Shown here: piece after piece, positions 61,792-64,000 of the stretch
Numbering within the stretch: position 1 is the stretch's first letter
Layout: each line of letters starts with the position of its first letter
Assembly: GCA_027013145.1 (NCBI GenBank)
Contig: JALUXX010000011.1
Location: 192,556-256,555 of the forward strand
Origin: Gammaproteobacteria bacterium
Lineage (GTDB): Bacteria > Pseudomonadota > Gammaproteobacteria > 21-64-14
Direction of reading: 5' to 3'
Length of the DNA: 64,000 bases
Made by a program: the position numbers and the translations under genes
Notes under the pieces: model-generated
Seen by the model: the letters and a program-made list of their open reading frames with translations, nothing else
The model's database searches: none
What the model was told of the DNA's origin: nothing

Positions 61792-62778
61792 ATGCCCGCA
61801 CGCCCCCGCAGCCCCGCCGGTTTCACGCTGGTCGAGATGGTGATCGTGATCGTGATCGCGGCGGTCGTCGCCGGGCTCGCCACGGGCATCATCACGCACA
61901 CGATGTCCGGCTACCGCGACCAGGGCCGGCGCGCGACGCTCGTCGACATCGCCGACACCGCGCTCACGCGGGTCACCCGGGACGTGCGCCGCGCGCTGCC
62001 CAACAGCGTGCGCGTGGCCGACAACGCCGGCAACACCGGCACCGTCTCCTGCAGCGCGCCGGGTCAGGTGTGCGCGATCGAGTTTCTCGACGTGATCGAC
62101 GGCGGGCGCTACCGCGCCCGGCCGCCGGGGGCGACGCTCTCGTTCACCGCGAGCAGCGGGTCCTTCGACGCGCTCGGCGGGCTCTACAACCTGCCGACCC
62201 CCTATCGCGTCGGCACCGGCTCGGCCGCCTGCCTGCAGGGGACGGCCTGGTGCCTGGTGATCTACAACGTCGGCGAGCCGGCGGCGGCGCCGGTGACCTC
62301 CGGCAAGAGCGCCAACGCCTGGCTCGGCCCGGGCAGCGCGGGCGCGGGCTTCGTCGGCGACATCGCCACGGTGTCGGGGATCTCGGCGCCCTCGGGGACC
62401 CCGCCGAGCCGGACCGTGAGCTTCGACAACAGCGACCTCGACAGCGGCTCCTACCGCTGGCACTTCCCGTTCCGCTCCCCGCAGCAGCGCTTCTATATCG
62501 TCGACGGCCCGGTGAGCTACGTCTGCGACCCGGGCGCGGGCACGCTGCGCCGCTACTGGGGCTATCCGATCGGCGCCACGCAGCCCGTCGACCCGGCGGC
62601 AGCGCCGCTCGCCGGGGCCGCGAGCGCCCTGCTCGCCGACCACGTGCAGAGCTGCTACTTCGACTACCGCCCCGGGACCAGCACCCGCAGCGGCCTGCTC
62701 ACCGTGACGCTGGCGATCTCCCAGGCGGGCGAGACCGTGGCCCTGTTCCAGCAGGCCCACGTGGTGAACGCGCCGTGA
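61792..62778 (+). CDS. mshO: MSHA biogenesis protein MshO (pilin-like N-terminus)
   Basis: AGFTLVEMVIVIVIAAVVAG prepilin signal, 328 aa. Confidence 0.75.
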   Translation: MPARPRSPAGFTLVEMVIVIVIAAVVAGLATGIITHTMSGYRDQGRRATLVDIADTALTRVTRDVRRALPNSVRVADNAGNTGTVSCSAPGQVCAIEFLDVIDGGRYRARPPGATLSFTASSGSFDALGGLYNLPTPYRVGTGSAACLQGTAWCLVIYNVGEPAAAPVTSGKSANAWLGPGSAGAGFVGDIATVSGISAPSGTPPSRTVSFDNSDLDSGSYRWHFPFRSPQQRFYIVDGPVSYVCDPGAGTLRRYWGYPIGATQPVDPAAAPLAGAASALLADHVQSCYFDYRPGTSTRSGLLTVTLAISQAGETVALFQQAHVVNAP

Positions 62779-63287
62779 GCCGCCGCGGCCGCCAAGGGGG
62801 TCGCGCCCCGCGATGGGCTTGCGCCCGGCAGGGGGGATTCTCGCTGGTGACGGCGATCTTCGTCATCGTCGTGCTGGCCGCGCTCGGGGCCTACCTGGTG
62901 ACCGTCGGTTCGACCCAGCAGACGGCCACGGCCCTGCAGATCCAGGGCGTGCGCGCCTACTTCGCCGCGCTCAGCGCGCGCGAGTGGGCCGCCTACGAGG
63001 CGACCGCGAGCCAGGCGAGCCACGACGCGATCTGCGCGCCGGGCGGGTTCACGTCGAGTTTCGCCCTGCCCGGACCGGGCCTGAAGGGCTTCCAGGCGCA
63101 GGTCGACTGCGACGACTTCGCCAACGCCCCCGCCGGCCGCAGCGGCCCCTACCAGGAGGGCGACGACTGGTACGACCTCGAGCGCATCGACGTGCGCGCC
63201 TGGAGCGGCAGCGGTCCGTCGGACCCGGACTACGTCTCCCGCACCCTGCACTCGATGGTGACCACCGGACAGCCGCTGCCGCCCTGA
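62775..63287 (+). CDS. mshP: MSHA biogenesis protein MshP (pilin-like N-terminus)
   Basis: GFSLVTAIFVIVVLAALGAY prepilin-like segment. Real frame is that of ORF 62070..63287. GTG start in a GTGA overlap with the mshO stop (uncertain). Confidence 0.6.
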   Translation: MSRRGRQGGRAPRWACARQGGFSLVTAIFVIVVLAALGAYLVTVGSTQQTATALQIQGVRAYFAALSAREWAAYEATASQASHDAICAPGGFTSSFALPGPGLKGFQAQVDCDDFANAPAGRSGPYQEGDDWYDLERIDVRAWSGSGPSDPDYVSRTLHSMVTTGQPLPP

Positions 63288-63434
63288 GGGTGGGACTCAA
63301 GGGGCACACCCGGGCGGCCGCTAACCTGCCGATCGCCTGCGATGGCGCCTTGGGAGCCCGAAGGACGGCGCACGGAGCCGCCCCGCCCACGGCGTCCGGG
63401 CGCGCAACGAACGAGGACACGCGCGGAACGGCCG

Positions 63435-64000
63435 ATGAAGCGACGACACCCCTGGAAGCCGCGACCGGCGCCCGTCCCGGCGCACCGAGGGATCGGGCCT
63501 TGCGCCCGGGTCCTGGTGTCCCTGTTGCTGATCGCGGCCGCCCTGGCCGGCACCCCACACGTCGCCCGGGCCGCGACGCCCTACGCCTACTACCCGATGG
63601 ACGAGCCGTCCTGGACGGCGGGAACCAACGGTCAGGTCGTGGACGCGAGCGGCAACGGGCAAAATGCCACCCCGGTCGGCACCGCGCAAACCATGCCGGG
63701 GAAGGTCTGTCAGGCCGGTGACTTTATGAACCCGTCTGACGGCGGGTCGGCGCGGTCTGCCGTGATCGCGCCCTTTACGCTCGGGCAGGTCTGGTCCACC
63801 CAAGGTGCCGTGGACTTCTGGTATAAACCGAGCGCCCAGATGCAGAACGGGCGCTTCCCGATCCTCTTCGACGGAGAGGATAACAACGTCGTCGGGACCT
63901 TGTTCCTAGAGCCGCGATACAACTTCATCGTCTTCGAGTTTACGGACACCAATGGAGATCTTTTCGCTGCCTTTACCTCCAAAAAACTTTCTGTAGGGGC
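63435..64000 (+). CDS. mshQ: MSHA biogenesis protein MshQ, N-terminal part; runs off the right edge
   Basis: Open frame to the window end. MKRRHPWKPR...VLVSLLLIAAALAGTPHVARAATPYAYYPMDEP signal peptide then a LamG-like beta region. Absent from the ORF track because no stop falls in the window. Confidence 0.65.
   Translation, partial: MKRRHPWKPRPAPVPAHRGIGPCARVLVSLLLIAAALAGTPHVARAATPYAYYPMDEPSWTAGTNGQVVDASGNGQNATPVGTAQTMPGKVCQAGDFMNPSDGGSARSAVIAPFTLGQVWSTQGAVDFWYKPSAQMQNGRFPILFDGEDNNVVGTLFLEPRYNFIVFEFTDTNGDLFAAFTSKKLSVG

Noticed and set aside
62813-63721. 302-aa plus-strand ORF spanning the mshP/mshQ region
   Set aside because: The frame-2 translation is low-complexity (Arg/Gly/Pro). The real products are in frame 0: pilin-like MshP ending at 63287, and MshQ starting at 63435.

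Overview
This is a high-GC (about 68-70%) gammaproteobacterial chromosome segment, almost fully coding, and I recognise most of it from conserved families. The backbone is ordinary housekeeping with Pseudomonas-like synteny: hemB-aroE, gor, prlC-xthA-ubiD, hemC-hemD-hemX-hemY, algR-algZ(fimS) divergent from argH, cyaA, the lppL-like lipoprotein-lysA ... dapF-DUF484-xerC, hslVU, ubiE-ubiJ-ubiB, envC-ctpA, a rhodanese-trxC-secB-gpsA operon, and trmL. Three accessory insertions interrupt it. (1) A five-gene island splits the normally contiguous lysA-dapF junction. It encodes two signal-peptide proteins with paralogous C-terminal [D/E/Q]-[R/K]-P-[E/D/Q]-[I/V] pentapeptide tandem arrays, one on a DUF5666 scaffold. 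It also encodes an outer-membrane beta-barrel, an HTH-containing DUF6502-like protein (assignment from memory) and a SAM methyltransferase. Palindromic operator candidates sit in its divergent promoter. (2) A REP-associated tyrosine transposase (RAYT) unit flanked by perfect 21-bp inverted repeats, a Yip1 membrane protein and a secreted thioredoxin-fold protein are inserted between hemC and algR. (3) An orphan VPLPA-CTERM (PEP-CTERM variant) sorting-signal protein sits downstream of ubiB behind a sigma54-like promoter. It shares a 15-16 nt core motif with the sigma54-like promoter of the MSHA pilus operon. The last 14 kb is a complete MSHA-type type IV pilus cluster, mshI to mshQ. mshQ is truncated at the window edge, where GC falls. 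I found no CRISPR array, no tRNA or rRNA gene and no recognisable defence system. I judge the lysA-dapF island and the shared sigma54 motif the most novel signals.
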